Position numbers and translations under genes: made by a program
In this document: piece by piece, positions 1 to 8,138 of the stretch
Layout of the letters: each line of letters opens with the position of its first letter
Numbering within the stretch: the first letter of the stretch is position 1
Origin: Minisyncoccia bacterium
GTDB lineage: Bacteria > Patescibacteriota > Minisyncoccia > Phycocordibacterales > UBA918
Assembly: GCA_041738755.1 (NCBI GenBank)
Contig: JBGSPE010000011.1
Location: forward strand, 70,658-134,657
DNA length: 64,000 nucleotides
Direction of reading: 5' to 3'
The notes under the pieces: model-generated
What the model was told of the DNA's origin: nothing
Database searches by the model: none
What the model saw: only the letters and a program-made list of their open reading frames with translations

Positions 1-183
1 TGGAGCAAAGAAAAAAGCAATGAGTCGAGATGCACTGCGGTAAAACGACGTATTACCTATATCCGAAACAGTACCAGAAAAATAGGTCCAATAGCCTATA
101 GCCAGAAAAAAGAAAAAAATACTTCCCACAACCATCAGCACGGGTGAGTTTTTAATGAGATACATTTCTCTGTGATATTTCAT
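1..183 (-). CDS. Partial ORF (N-terminal 61 codons) of a hypothetical membrane protein; continues past the window start
   Basis: Reverse-strand ATG at 183 with an open frame to position 1 (MKYHREMYLIKNSPVLMVVGSIFFFFLAIGYW...); hydrophobic; no family recognised. Confidence 0.25.
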   Translation of the reverse strand, partial: MKYHREMYLIKNSPVLMVVGSIFFFFLAIGYWTYFSGTVSDIGNTSFYRSASRLIAFFFAP

Positions 184-322
184 AAAACTCTTTGCTAAAT
201 AACTTATTAATTACGATATCTACTAGTATAACAACGCCATGAAGAACACACCATCAAAGTAGAAAACTTGAATCAGGCATTTACTTTGACTGACTGCTCG
301 CCCACCATGCTATAGTGCACCT

Positions 323-958
323 ATGTATATCTACTATGTTGGACTAGGGTTTATTGTGCTTCTGATACTTTGGTCAGTGGGCAGCTACTTGGTAATCTCA
401 ACCATCGAAAAGCCAGTCTACAGCGTTATTGAAGAGCGAGATGGTTATGAGATTCGTGAATATGCGTCATACATTGTTGCGGAAACTACAGTGAGCGGCG
501 ATCGGCAAGAAGCAACCAGCCAAGGATTTCGAATCATTGCGGACTATATTTTTGGCAATAACGTACGTAAACAAAGTATTGCTATGACGTCACCGGTGCT
601 TGAAAGTGAAACATCAGAAAAAATTGCCATGACGTCACCGGTACTGAGTAGTGAAACCTCAGGAGAAGAGCGGACGATTGCCTTTGTTCTTCCGTCTAGC
701 TATACCCTTGAAAATTTACCGATACCTAATAACCCCCAAGTCTCCATACGCGAGGTGCCAGCCCATAAGGTCGCGGTTCTATCATTTACGTGGTATGCCA
801 CTACCGCCAGAATAGAAAAGAAAAAAGAACAGCTCCTTCAGTTGCTTGAGCGTGATCAAATACTCCCTACTGGTGAGATACAAGTGGCTCAGTATAATCC
901 ACCCCTTTCAATGCCACTCACACTTCGCAATGAAATTCTTGTTCCAATAGAATACTGA
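323..958 (+). CDS. SOUL/HBP heme-binding family protein with N-terminal membrane anchor
   Basis: GYEIREY...IAMTSPV...AFVLP pattern typical of SOUL/HBP (PF04832-like); contains a 15-aa internal tandem duplication. Confidence 0.6.
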   Translation: MYIYYVGLGFIVLLILWSVGSYLVISTIEKPVYSVIEERDGYEIREYASYIVAETTVSGDRQEATSQGFRIIADYIFGNNVRKQSIAMTSPVLESETSEKIAMTSPVLSSETSGEERTIAFVLPSSYTLENLPIPNNPQVSIREVPAHKVAVLSFTWYATTARIEKKKEQLLQLLERDQILPTGEIQVAQYNPPLSMPLTLRNEILVPIEY

Positions 959-1053
959 TTCTAATGACAAGAAATAGTAACCTTACAGTGCAGTAAAAAC
1001 GACTCTACTGTGATGTAAGGTATAATACTTGTATATAAATAATTCACTACACT

Positions 1054-1902
1054 ATGAGTGATGAAATTCAAAAAACGCCTCAAGCTCTTCTAAAAGAAAA
1101 GTTACTTAATGGTTCAATTACTGAAAAAGATTTTCTGCTTGAAGTTTTGACTCTAGACCAAGAAACGGATGTAGCACTTGGCACACGACCTCACGCCAAA
1201 GCAAACGCTGACCTACTAAAAGATACAAAAGTACGAACACTCTTAAACCAACAAAAAGAGTTGAAGGATTTTTGGGAAGAATTAGAGAAGATGGTTTCTG
1301 CGCACGTACCATTTGAAGCCTGCGATCCTCGTGAAATTGGGCACCAAATGAGTTCTCTGTACTCAGACCTTGAAACAGTGCCAAAAGAGGTTGTAGATGA
1401 GTTCTACCGAAAACGAAACCTCAGCTACAGCATCAGCATCGATGCTCCAATTGAAACAGTTTTCAAAACAATTACTGATAAATCTATGTACCCAAAGTGG
1501 ACTAAGGCTTGGGGTGAAGGTATGACCTTTGAAGGTGAATGGAAACAAGGTGAACACATCTCTTTTATTGATAATTCGGGAGAAGGAACCAAAGCTCGAC
1601 TTGATGAAGTTCGAACCCACTTCGAAAAAGATCCTACTGATAACGGAGGATACGCACATATTCCATCTGCGTATGTAACGATGATTTATATTGCCAAACT
1701 GAAGGATGGCACAGAAGTCGAGAAGTTGGATGAACCATCGAGAAGATGGGTTGGTACGAGAGAGGAATACCGCATAACAGAGAATGAGGAAGGCGTTACT
1801 AAACTTTGGGTATATATATCAACTGACGAATCATTCGAGCAAAAAATGAATGATAGTTGGCCTACGTCTCTCCAGAATCTTAAAGAAATTTGCGAACAGT
1901 AG
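1054..1902 (+). CDS. SRPBCC (AHSA1/polyketide-cyclase-like) domain protein with an uncharacterised N-terminal extension
   Basis: C-terminal half (ISIDAPIETVFKTITDKSMYPKWTKAW...) resembles Activator-of-Hsp90-ATPase/SRPBCC fold proteins. Confidence 0.45.
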   Translation: MSDEIQKTPQALLKEKLLNGSITEKDFLLEVLTLDQETDVALGTRPHAKANADLLKDTKVRTLLNQQKELKDFWEELEKMVSAHVPFEACDPREIGHQMSSLYSDLETVPKEVVDEFYRKRNLSYSISIDAPIETVFKTITDKSMYPKWTKAWGEGMTFEGEWKQGEHISFIDNSGEGTKARLDEVRTHFEKDPTDNGGYAHIPSAYVTMIYIAKLKDGTEVEKLDEPSRRWVGTREEYRITENEEGVTKLWVYISTDESFEQKMNDSWPTSLQNLKEICEQ

Positions 1903-1965
1903 AACGCTTTGGTTCAGAGACACCATTCTATACATACAAGGAACAGTGCTTGCATATTAACAAAA

Positions 1966-2005
1966 GAAAACGGCCCCCACGCAAATGCATGGGGGTCGCT
2001 GGTTT
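1966..2005. terminator. Bidirectional rho-independent terminator hairpin between convergent genes
   Basis: cggcccccacgcaaatgcatgggggtcg stem-loop followed by ctggtttt (and aaaac on the other strand). Confidence 0.45.
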
Positions 2006-2021
2006 TGAACGAACGGAAGGA

Positions 2022-2159
2022 TCAGCCGAGCGCCACTTGCCGTTCGTAGTCATCGTCGACGGCAGGACTGCCGGTCACGTCGCTCGGAGCAAAATTGGTC
2101 ACATCGACCAGTGTCGCACCACCTTCGGTGAGAGCTGTCATTGCATCAATGAGGCGCAT
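2022..2159 (-). CDS. Small 45-aa acidic peptide ending in Gly (MRLIDAMTALTEGGATLVDVTNFAPSDVTGSPAVDDDYERQVALG); candidate Ubl-like tag or modified peptide
   Basis: Strong AAGGAG RBS 7 nt upstream of the ATG at 2159; terminator immediately downstream; GC about 58% versus about 43% in neighbours; sits directly downstream of the E1-like gene on the same strand. Confidence 0.35.
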   Translation of the reverse strand: MRLIDAMTALTEGGATLVDVTNFAPSDVTGSPAVDDDYERQVALG

Positions 2160-2217
2160 ACTCTGTCTCCTTGGGGCGGGATGCCCTTTCTCAATGTAAC
2201 GAAGGGCTACCCTTCCG

Positions 2218-2922
2218 TCAAGTTGAAGGCCAGTATTCTTGGGTACAAGTAAGTGTCCGTAGGTCAAAGTATACTCGATTAGCAATATCGTCAGTGTCGC
2301 CAACTCTCGCAAACTGCTCAAATTGCTTCAATGCTAAAGCTGTGGTTGCGTAAATGGCAGAAATAATTGACTGCGGTTCTGAACACCCACCAATATGATC
2401 AGCTTCCTTATCTGAATGCCAATATAACCACCAACAATCGCTCTGCTTTATATTGTGCGGATTGAAACAGTGTGAAATCGCAGTTTCAGCATCCATCCGG
2501 GTTTCAATGACACAGATGACTTCTTTATTTTCTTCTACTACCCTTTCCATAATGGCTCTTCGAGCCTGCATAGAATCAACACAGATACACACAACTCCAG
2601 ATAAGGGGATATGCTCAGACACTTCTTCTAAGTAGCAACGCACGTCACAACTTATATCAAGAGATCGCACATTCCGCCCAATTTCAACTGCTTTATTTCC
2701 TCCGATGTTCCCTATATCAATCCATTGGTTAGCTATGTTATGACATTCGAAAACATCAAAGTCATAGAGATGGATTGGGCTTTGCTGACGAACACCAACG
2801 CCCATTCTTGTCAGACCTTCAGCCATTCGACTCCCCATACCCCCACAGCCAATGATGTGGACGGGGTGATGGAATGTCTCGGGATTAAAAATTGCCTTGT
2901 GTCGGACTGAATCAATCATCAC
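2218..2922 (-). CDS. E1-like / ThiF-MoeB family adenylyltransferase (minimal, 234 aa)
   Basis: Rossmann motif HIIGCGGMGS and YDFDVFECHNIANQ (ThiF/E1 nucleotide-binding signature). Confidence 0.7.
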   Translation of the reverse strand: MMIDSVRHKAIFNPETFHHPVHIIGCGGMGSRMAEGLTRMGVGVRQQSPIHLYDFDVFECHNIANQWIDIGNIGGNKAVEIGRNVRSLDISCDVRCYLEEVSEHIPLSGVVCICVDSMQARRAIMERVVEENKEVICVIETRMDAETAISHCFNPHNIKQSDCWWLYWHSDKEADHIGGCSEPQSIISAIYATTALALKQFEQFARVGDTDDIANRVYFDLRTLTCTQEYWPST

Positions 2923-3463
2923 TTATCTCCTTAAGCAAGAGTGGCCAATCCTCAACATCATGATAAGGAGTTCCTGTATCATAGGTTTGAAGAGCTTTCC
3001 ATAGATGAGAAAAAGCTTTATTAATGTACCCTTTGCGTAATGACTGATAAATGACAAACTGTCCGCTAGAAATACAAAGCGGGGCTGTGGGTACCTGAAT
3101 ATCCTCATGTTTTTTATCAATAGCATGAGGATGCATAATAATTGACCTCAGTTTGCTGTGCTCATCATACACATCAATTGAATTTGTGACGTTTATAAGG
3201 CGAAAATCAATTTCCCATATCCTTCCTACCCGCTTCCGAATAAAAAAAATAACAAATTCTCCGATTTCGTAGCTGATTCCGTCCCATGTAATGACCAGCT
3301 CTGATGTTCCTACCATCAAGATATGTGGCTTATGAAACCCTACATATTGAATATTTGGGTTACGCTGCAACTCATTATATTCTGCCACTATGTCATCTGT
3401 ACTATGGAGCGGACTGCCACAAAATTCGATGTATTGTTCCAATACTGTTAATTCTGCCGGCAT
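2912..3463 (-). CDS. Putative E2-like (UBC-fold-like) protein
   Basis: HPH...(14 aa)...PLCIS resembles the HPN-Cys catalytic arrangement of E2 enzymes; overlaps the E1-like start by 11 nt (operon). Confidence 0.35.
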   Translation of the reverse strand: MPAELTVLEQYIEFCGSPLHSTDDIVAEYNELQRNPNIQYVGFHKPHILMVGTSELVITWDGISYEIGEFVIFFIRKRVGRIWEIDFRLINVTNSIDVYDEHSKLRSIIMHPHAIDKKHEDIQVPTAPLCISSGQFVIYQSLRKGYINKAFSHLWKALQTYDTGTPYHDVEDWPLLLKEISDD

Positions 3464-3594
3464 GACATATTCCTTTCAATGTACAAAGGTGCTATTCAAA
3501 CGAACAATACCTGAACAACAAGACGGAAGCAAGGTACTTATTTTTTATAATCAGACTAACCTTCAAAATACATTGTAAAAAAGCTAGTTCTTGA

Positions 3595-4287
3595 TTAGTC
3601 AGAACTATTGGTAAAAATAGTAAGCTCTGGTAATTCTTTAAAGATACTAAATGGGGCGGCTGGAGAAAATGTATTCATAGTACGTAACTCTTGAATCAAG
3701 TGAACCTTATCATTCCCTGTCGCATACACGATAACAGCATTCAACTGGCTTCGTAAAAACGTGTAGGTAACAGTGACTCTGTCCGGATACGGGTTAATAA
3801 TTAGAGGAACAGAATATCCGACCACCCAGGCCTCGCCACTAAAATCAACTCCCCACTCGCCTGGGAAAATCCCGGCCGTATGGCCATCTACACCAATTCC
3901 CATCGTAGCTACAACTACCCCGTTGGTATGTTGTGCTTTCCAGGCTCGCAGGGATGACTCAAATCTTTCACTGAACCCGAACAAACTTTCACCCGCCAAC
4001 ACTTTGGTATCAATTAGATGTACGCTTCGCTCAAGAGACTTGGTATAAAAACTTGTGGCTTCTAATTGAGCAAAATTGTTGATTGTTGGGTCAGTCGAAT
4101 ACCGTTCATCAAGGACAGTAAGGGTTAGGTGTGGACCAAGCACAGACGGATCAACTCCCTCGAACAAACCAAAAGCCGAGCCGCCTGACACCAAAAGAAG
4201 TATCGGTTTATCAGCATTGGCGCGGAGTGTTTCAGTGAGTGCTTTGGCCGCTTCGTTGTCTGGGTGCTCTGCCACTACAATCTTCAT
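3595..4287 (-). CDS. pgl: 6-phosphogluconolactonase (DevB/Pgl; glucosamine-6-P isomerase-like fold)
   Basis: LLLVSGGS... family pattern; last gene of the zwf-gnd-pgl operon. Confidence 0.7.
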   Translation of the reverse strand: MKIVVAEHPDNEAAKALTETLRANADKPILLLVSGGSAFGLFEGVDPSVLGPHLTLTVLDERYSTDPTINNFAQLEATSFYTKSLERSVHLIDTKVLAGESLFGFSERFESSLRAWKAQHTNGVVVATMGIGVDGHTAGIFPGEWGVDFSGEAWVVGYSVPLIINPYPDRVTVTYTFLRSQLNAVIVYATGNDKVHLIQELRTMNTFSPAAPFSIFKELPELTIFTNSSD

Positions 4288-4288
4288 A

Positions 4289-5188
4289 CTATTCGGGATT
4301 GATTACCTTGTGTCCACCAAACTGATTCCGCATCGCTGCTACTAATTTGCCTAAGTACGATGGTTGCGCGCGAGTTTGCTTCCGTTGAGCTAGGGCTGCC
4401 TCAAGCACCTTCACGTCGCCCAAGGTGGTAATGTGTTCCATTTCAAATTCAGTCTCTCCGTGCGGGACTTCGCCTTTAATCATATCAATCTGACCTTGTT
4501 CATACGCTTCACGCAACCACGAAACAAGCTTACTCGATATAATGCTTTCATGTTCGTAGGGGCGTAATACGGCTGACAGGTCAATGCCAAACATATCACT
4601 CTGTTCATGAAGAACTGTCATGCCTTCGGCAATCGCTCCCATCATGCCGTACTCAATACCGTTATGAACCATCTTCACAAAGTGTCCGGCTCCTTCTCTC
4701 CCCACCAGGGCATAGCCATCCTTGGCGGCAAGCGCCGCGAAGATATGTTCATGTATAGCAAACACCTCAGGATTTCCTCCGACCATAATCGACGCACCAT
4801 TGCGAGCGCCTTGCATACCACCTGACGTCCCACAATCAAGAAAGTGAATGTCCTTTTCTTTTAAAGCTCCGTGCCGACGAATAGAATCTTGATAAAAACT
4901 ATTTCCGCCATCAATTACGGTATCTCCGCTTGAGAGTTGTGGGACGAGTTCATCGAGCACAGCATCTACCACTCCACTTGGTACCATAAGCCAAATTACT
5001 CTTGGGCCCACAAGGGCTTGTACGAGCTGTGCCTGAGAATCAACTACTTCAATACCAGCTTTTTCTGCTTCGGCTCGCGGATCTTCGGTCTGGTTGTAGC
5101 CCACGACGCGATACCCTTTTTCAACCAACAACGTTGTCATGTTCAAACCCATCCGGCCCAAACCAATGAAACCAATTTCTTTTTGCAT
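4289..5188 (-). CDS. gnd: 6-phosphogluconate dehydrogenase, decarboxylating (short GndA-like form)
   Basis: N-terminal Rossmann IGFIGLGRMGLNM; 6PGDH catalytic region. Confidence 0.85.
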   Translation of the reverse strand: MQKEIGFIGLGRMGLNMTTLLVEKGYRVVGYNQTEDPRAEAEKAGIEVVDSQAQLVQALVGPRVIWLMVPSGVVDAVLDELVPQLSSGDTVIDGGNSFYQDSIRRHGALKEKDIHFLDCGTSGGMQGARNGASIMVGGNPEVFAIHEHIFAALAAKDGYALVGREGAGHFVKMVHNGIEYGMMGAIAEGMTVLHEQSDMFGIDLSAVLRPYEHESIISSKLVSWLREAYEQGQIDMIKGEVPHGETEFEMEHITTLGDVKVLEAALAQRKQTRAQPSYLGKLVAAMRNQFGGHKVINPE

Positions 5189-5200
5189 ATAGAGATATTA

Positions 5201-6625
5201 TTATGTATTAATCGATGGGTAACTACCTTTTGGATACTCATGAAGGGGTAGTTGTTTGAATGACTCAAGAATTGGGGTAATAAAATTCCACGCTGCCACC
5301 ACCTCTGCCCCGCTCACAAACCTAGTCTGATCGCCAACAATACAATCATATAAAACGCGCTCGTATGCCTCCGGCGACCGAAACTCCTCACCATGACACG
5401 TCGCCAAAACCAGTTCACGTTCATATAACTTGAAACCAAACCCAGGTTCTTTAATCCACATGGTAAGCATAATACTTTGTTCCGGTGAAAACGTTATTCG
5501 TAGTACATTTCGATGGGTGTGTACTTCCTCATCATTCTCAGCCGTACACCGACACGTATCTACTGGCTTAAAGGTGATCACCGCCTCAGCCCCAGAAGCA
5601 GCCAAGGCCTTCCCTGACTCAAGCGTAATCTGAACATCGTTCCAAAGTTCGTTCTCAATGTGCGTGGTTAATTTAAAGTACGTTTCTGTCTCACTCTCTG
5701 AATCGACTCCTGTTGTGTCTCGGTATCCTTCGTACTGAGCTCGGTAGGTCATATCAGTCTCTCTTCTGACCAATGATTGAACAGCGTTTAGTCGGGCAGC
5801 TCGCATCGCCTCTGCATCATGGATATCAGCTGCCTGCATCGTGAGGAGCGCTAATATCTGTAGCATGTGGTTTTGACCGACGTCCCGCAAGGCTCCAATA
5901 CCATCATAAAATGAACCCCGAGTAGCTACATCCTGCTGTTCAAACAGCTTCACTGAAATTGATTCAATGCGATTGCCGTCCCAAGAATCTGCCAAAATAC
6001 TATTAGCAAATCGAAGCGAAATAATATTTTCAATCGCTTCCTTAGCCAGATAATGATCTATGCGATAAATCTGATTTTCAGCAAACAAGTCACACAATTG
6101 TTTTTCAAGCTGCACCGCTGTGGTGAGGTCACTGCCAAACGGTTTTTCAACCAGGAGCCTTGACCATGAACCCACTCCGTCACACAGTGCCATCGCGTCA
6201 CTTTGTTTTAACTTGTCAAAAATTTCACCATAGAGATTGGGAGGAACGGCCAAGTAAAAGAGCTTACTCGTACACTGAGCAATTGAAGTATCAAAGGCGA
6301 GCAACTCCTGTTTGATGGCTTCATACGCAGCAGTGTCATTGAAGCAGCCGGCGATAAACCGGAAGTGTGAGCAAAATTGAGTGAGAAGCGATTGATCACT
6401 GGTGGGAATTTTTGAAAGAATACTTTCCCGAACAAATGCCTGATACGCTTCGTGTGATAACTCTTTCCGAGCAAGCCCGATAATGACAAATCGTTCTGGA
6501 AGGAGCTTCTGTGTATACAAATGAAATAACGATGGCAACAATTTTGTTTCTGCCAGATTGCCCGTTCCACCAAAAATAACAAAGGCTGTTGGATACATAG
6601 TTTTTGCTGTAGGTGGTTGTGACAT
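5201..6625 (-). CDS. zwf: Glucose-6-phosphate 1-dehydrogenase
   Basis: RIDHYLAKE signature (consensus RIDHYLGKE); NAD(P)-binding N-terminus. Confidence 0.9.
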   Translation of the reverse strand: MSQPPTAKTMYPTAFVIFGGTGNLAETKLLPSLFHLYTQKLLPERFVIIGLARKELSHEAYQAFVRESILSKIPTSDQSLLTQFCSHFRFIAGCFNDTAAYEAIKQELLAFDTSIAQCTSKLFYLAVPPNLYGEIFDKLKQSDAMALCDGVGSWSRLLVEKPFGSDLTTAVQLEKQLCDLFAENQIYRIDHYLAKEAIENIISLRFANSILADSWDGNRIESISVKLFEQQDVATRGSFYDGIGALRDVGQNHMLQILALLTMQAADIHDAEAMRAARLNAVQSLVRRETDMTYRAQYEGYRDTTGVDSESETETYFKLTTHIENELWNDVQITLESGKALAASGAEAVITFKPVDTCRCTAENDEEVHTHRNVLRITFSPEQSIMLTMWIKEPGFGFKLYERELVLATCHGEEFRSPEAYERVLYDCIVGDQTRFVSGAEVVAAWNFITPILESFKQLPLHEYPKGSYPSINT

Positions 6626-6783
6626 GACGGATTACTAATTTTTAATGGCAAACTTTGGCTGCAGGAAGGTCTCTTCTGTCAGCTGTTCTAATAACAAGTA
6701 TTTCAGTATGACAGACAAAGGTAGAGAAACATACTTCCCCTAGTATAAACGAACCCACCCCCGTTAGTAAAGTTGACTTTACA

Positions 6784-7347
6784 ATGAATAGCAGTTGTGT
6801 TACCGTAACAATAAAGCAATTGTACCCAAACCACATGTTACCTAAAGAACAATTCAAAACCCCTCATAAAAAAATTATCATCGTCGTTGGGTCTCTTTGT
6901 TTCGTTCTCTTTGGATACATTGCCTATGCAATCTATGACAAAACCATAGATTGTGACGATAGTCTTTGTCAGATTGACGAAGCTGAGCTCGCACTGCTAG
7001 CCAGTGATGTGGTAACTCTGCCAGAAATTGAGGGGCCCCGAGGTTCATTTGAAGCCTACAGTCCACTGAGGCTCAGTGAGATTACAAGTGGAAAGATACT
7101 CATTTTCTTTCATGCCAGTTGGTGTCCATCGTGTCGAGCACTCAGTGCTGATATTGAACGTAATGCTGGAGCGATTCCAGCAGACGTAACTATTCTAAAG
7201 GCGGATTTCGACACTGAGACCGCACTTAAGGAGCAGTATGGTGTCACATCCCAACACACCGTAGTACAAATTGACGTAAACAATAATATAATTAAAAAAT
7301 GGAGTGGCGGTTCACGCTTAGAAGCTGTACTCTTAGAAATACAATAA
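6784..7347 (+). CDS. Membrane-anchored thioredoxin-like thiol:disulfide oxidoreductase
   Basis: N-terminal TM helix; WCPSC (CxxC) thioredoxin active site. Confidence 0.7.
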   Translation: MNSSCVTVTIKQLYPNHMLPKEQFKTPHKKIIIVVGSLCFVLFGYIAYAIYDKTIDCDDSLCQIDEAELALLASDVVTLPEIEGPRGSFEAYSPLRLSEITSGKILIFFHASWCPSCRALSADIERNAGAIPADVTILKADFDTETALKEQYGVTSQHTVVQIDVNNNIIKKWSGGSRLEAVLLEIQ

Positions 7348-7351
7348 TACT

Positions 7352-8095
7352 ATGATTTTCTTTCTCATCTCAGTCCTTGCTGGCGTTCTAACCGTGCTCG
7401 CACCCTGCATTTTACCACTCCTCCCTATCGTTATCGGCTCCTCTGAAACCGGAAGCCGTAGCATTTCAAAACGCTCACTCGTGGTAATTGGTTCACTATC
7501 AATTTCAGTTATTGCCTTTACCTTACTGCTTAAGGCTTCGACCTTACTCATTGCTATCCCGCAAACATTCTGGAGCACCTTCTCAGGTGTTGTCATTATC
7601 CTGGTTGGTCTAGCAATTATTTTTCCATCATTGTGGGCTCGCATCCCCTACATGCAAAAGCTGAGCACCTTGGGTAACAAAGCTGTTGGTGCCGGCTACC
7701 AAAAGAAGAATTATTCTGGTGACGCCTTGATCGGGCTTGCGCTTGGACCAGTCTTTACGACCTGTTCTCCAACCTATCTCTTTATTATTGCCACCATTCT
7801 CCCGGCTGGATTTGCCATTGGTTTTATCTATCTTCTTGGATTCACGTTGGGTCTAGCTATCTCACTGCTTTTGATTGCCTACTTTGGTGGTCAATTGGTT
7901 AATAAGATTGTTGCTAACATGGGTGCGGCCAATCGCGTTAAGCAGATATTTGGTGCCCTTATCCTTATTGTCGGAATTGGAATCCTCACTGGATACGATA
8001 AAAAACTTGAAACGTTTATCCTTGATTCAGGCTATGGTGCTACCATTAACTTTGAAGAATCATTAATTGAACGATTTGCCCCTACCGCCGAATAA
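7352..8095 (+). CDS. ccdA: Cytochrome c-type biogenesis / thiol-disulfide transporter CcdA (DsbD family)
   Basis: LAPCILPLLP and TTCSPTY conserved Cys motifs; about 6 TM segments. Confidence 0.8.
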   Translation: MIFFLISVLAGVLTVLAPCILPLLPIVIGSSETGSRSISKRSLVVIGSLSISVIAFTLLLKASTLLIAIPQTFWSTFSGVVIILVGLAIIFPSLWARIPYMQKLSTLGNKAVGAGYQKKNYSGDALIGLALGPVFTTCSPTYLFIIATILPAGFAIGFIYLLGFTLGLAISLLLIAYFGGQLVNKIVANMGAANRVKQIFGALILIVGIGILTGYDKKLETFILDSGYGATINFEESLIERFAPTAE

Positions 8096-8138
8096 CCAAG
8101 ACTGACGACGTTATAAATCTCTAAAGTAGTACGTACAT

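Noticed and set aside
1118-1659. Antisense ORFs (88 and 98 aa) inside the SRPBCC gene
   Set aside because: Entirely overlapped by a better-supported sense gene; no RBS; odd composition. Similar antisense ORFs inside zwf, the FAD reductase, the PG-binding protein, polA and pilB were disregarded for the same reason.
1960-2200. Possible tmRNA or other structured RNA in the GC-rich stretch (GGGGGTCGCTGGTTTTGAACG resembles a tmRNA 5' end)
   Set aside because: No tRNA-like 3' terminus (GGTTCGANTCC...CCA) within 350 nt. The GC-rich part is explained by a terminator hairpin plus a 45-aa ORF with a consensus RBS.
2022-2321. 99-aa version of the small ORF
   Set aside because: It would overlap the E1-like gene by about 100 nt in another frame, and no RBS precedes that start. 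The internal Met at 2159 has a perfect AAGGAG RBS.
2912-3463. JAB/JAMM deubiquitinase assignment for the 183-aa protein (HPH motif)
   Set aside because: The HxH is followed by D rather than the Ser-xx-Asp of the JAMM motif (HxHx7Sx2D), and there is no upstream Glu. The HPH...Cys spacing fits an E2-like reading better.
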